Made by a program: the position numbers and the translations under genes
DNA from: the human T2T-CHM13v2.0 reference genome, Homo sapiens
Length of the DNA stretch: 64,000 nucleotides
Direction: 5' to 3' (one strand)
NCBI RefSeq assembly: GCF_009914755.1
Contig: NC_060930.1
Part shown: piece after piece, positions 61,765 through 64,000 of the stretch
Numbering within the stretch: position 1 is the first letter of the stretch
Layout of the letters: each line of letters begins with the position of its first letter
The notes under the pieces: generated by a model
Told to the model about the DNA's origin: nothing
What the model saw: the letters and a program-made list of their open reading frames with translations, nothing else
The model's database searches: none

Positions 61765-62120
61765 TTGTTCACCTACCTCCTTCCTCCTGGGCATGTAGCT
61801 ACAATTCATTTCCCAGCCTCATTTGCAGTTTGGTATGTCCACATGACTAAATTCTGACCAATGCCACATCTGGAAAATAAAAATAACTTACATGATTTTC
61901 AGCTCCTTTGTTCATTTGCTTGTTGGATGTTGGTACTGAGGACACCTTTGAAAGTCACACAATGAATATTGTTCAAGCCTCCATCAATCTGGGTTCTTGA
62001 ATTGTCAGGCTTAACACCCACCCCCTCATGCCATTTAGTCTTACATAAGTAAGAATTAAACTTTTGTTTAGTGACTGAGGTATGGAAGACTATCAATTAC
62101 AGTAGTAAAAACTATTATAA
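61765..62120 (+). mobile_element. Old MLT1 (I/J-like) LTR
   Basis: catttcccagcctcatttgcagtt...catgactaaattctgaccaatg...aattaaacttttg. Confidence 0.6.
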
Positions 62121-62153
62121 TATCGAAAAGATAACAAATATCTTTTTGAAGTT

Positions 62154-62960
62154 TGTCTCAGGTTGAGTTATCTGTGAAGTGGAACCCTGAAAAAGAACTT
62201 GAATGCAAATAGTTTATATGGGAGGTTATTGCAGGGTGCAGGTGATAGGGTAGTGGGGGTATGAGGCTGTGGATGAAAAAAAAGACAACTTAGTGTGCAT
62301 TAATCAGGTTACTACTCTACTCCCTGTGGTGACTTCTAGGACAGTGTGTGGAATACCTCTCAGAAATAAGTAACCCAACAGGCATGAAAGCTGTGTCATT
62401 GCATAAGCCCTTCTTGTAGAGACATCAAGCCATTGGTCTGTTTAGCCTGTGCCTATGCATGCTTGCCCCAAACATCCTGTTATGGGATGAGTTGTGTTTT
62501 CCCTACCCTCTCCAAATTCATGTGTTGAAACCTTAACCCTTACTGTGATTGTATGTGGAGACAGAGCCTCTAAAGAGGTAAGATTAAATGAGGTCATATA
62601 GGTGGGACCCTAGTCCAATATGACTCATGTCCTCAGAAGAAGAGAAAAAGACCCTAGGGATGCACATGCATAGAGAAAAGGCCATGGGAGGACACAGAGA
62701 CAAGGTATCCACCTGCAAGCTGAAGAGAGAGGCCTTGGAAGAAACCAACTCTGCTAACACCTTGATCTTGGACTTTCAGCCTCCAAAACCGTGAGAAAAA
62801 TCCTGTTCAAGCCACTCAGTCTGTGCAGCCCTAGCAAACTAATACACCTACTCCTACAGCCCAAGAAAGCACACAGGCTGAGAAGCACATGTCCTTATAG
62901 TAGGAAGCATGAGAATGCAAAGGATGAGTGAGGTGCTGCCAGGGCCGACTAGAGCCCCCT
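62154..62960 (-). mobile_element. LTR16/LTR33-like ERVL LTR split by MLT1B
   Basis: tgtctcaggttgagtt...aaccctga...tgcaaatagtttatatgggagg. Confidence 0.55.
62478..62846 (+). mobile_element. MLT1B solo LTR
   Basis: tgttatgggatgagttgtg...aaatgaggtcatataggtgggaccctagtccaatatgact...gccctagcaaactaataca. Confidence 0.9.
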
Positions 62961-63656
62961 TGCAATGCTCAGAGCCACTAGGGTCCCATGTTAAGTTCAG
63001 GATATCCTGATAATTGGTTTTTCAAGTGGTGTCTTCTTGCAGTTATCGAAACTTACAGCAAGAGGATGGTAGACCAAGCAGCGTTCACCACTTCTGCATT
63101 TGGTGCTGAGCGTTAGTTGATATTTATACTCTCCCTCCTCTGCCTGTGTTCTAGATTCCCCTCAGCCACACCCAACAGTTCTGTTCTGCTAGTGGAGCTT
63201 GCTTGCTTGCAAGCTGTGACCTGCACCCACGATGGGTCTGACTTCGTGCTGATCATGCCTTTGTGACATCATGATTGTTTCCATTGCTCATTTTGGCTGA
63301 CACCAGGCAGAAAATTGGCAAGAGATATTCAGTAAATAACCAGAATTCCAGACAAACTCCACATTCCTTCTCTATGTAATTGTGCCTCTGAACTCATGAT
63401 AATAAGAATGAATTACTTCTGCTTTTATATTAACTCCTTTCTTTGTCTGCTGGTCTATCAGGATGAGTGGTCCAAAGCAACCAAGTAACAACATAGTTAC
63501 TACCTGGTATAAGTGCCCACCTACCTTGCAAGACCGAGGCAACCACTAATTCTGCAGGCCCACAGATATTGGGATAGGAAACAATTTCCTGAATGGATTA
63601 CTAGAAGTTATAATGAAAGGTGCCATCCCTCCTTCTATCCTTTGGTTCCTGGTCCA
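62960..63656 (-). mobile_element. ERVL-type internal relic
   Basis: ccttctatcctttggttcctggtccatg and neighbouring text resemble the ERVL/HERV16 pol 3' region. Confidence 0.45.
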
Positions 63657-64000
63657 TGTGGAAATAAACAAAGACCACACAAGTGAGATCAAGCCGAGAC
63701 TCTTTATTCACAGATTTTTATAGCAGGGGAGGCAGCCAACATCACTAGAATCCCTAAAGTTGGTGAAGACTCAATGGCAGGCAGGGGAACAGGAAAGTTT
63801 TATAACAGACAAAAAGGGAAGATTTCAGGTATCCTCTGAAAAGAGTGTTGGTAGGGTAGCTGGAGATGGGCTAACTAGAATCCTATGTGATTGGCTTGGG
63901 TAACATATTTGGCCTTCTCTAGTTGTCCTAAGTTATAAAGGTGGCAAAAATTAAGGAAGCTGGAAGTTTTTAACTAAGTCCTGATTGTTTTGGGCTGATT
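63657..64000 (-). mobile_element. Old ERV1 LTR (MER89/MER90-like), runs off the window
   Basis: ctctttattcacag...tcctatgtgattggcttggg...catatttggccttctct...caaaaattaaggaagctg. Confidence 0.5.

Overview
AT-rich, CpG-poor primate genomic DNA. AluY and an L1PA3-type element point to a hominoid, most likely human. The window looks intergenic or deep-intronic and is dominated by interspersed repeats: about 17 Alu copies or fragments, L1s of several ages, L2/MIR, MaLR and ERVL LTRs, two DNA-transposon relics and microsatellites. I recognise no host protein-coding gene; nearly all ORF-track entries are Alu, L1, ERV or simple-repeat by-products. The most structured region is an ERV1 (MER4-group) pile-up at about 40.5-58.6 kb. 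There, a 13.3-kb MER57-type provirus hosts a complete MER41A provirus, three solo MER4 LTRs and three Alus, and its two outer ends are the same LTR terminus in inverted orientation. Other notable items are a tailless 5S rRNA retropseudogene, a pre-miRNA-sized hairpin inside a MER50 LTR, GAS (STAT) motifs in MER41-family LTRs, an unusually long stop-free frame, and a cluster of homeodomain/FOX/POU motifs in unique DNA. The sequence does not support a new multi-gene biological system. Repeat subfamily names come from recalled consensus sequences, not from a RepeatMasker run, and boundaries of old elements are approximate.
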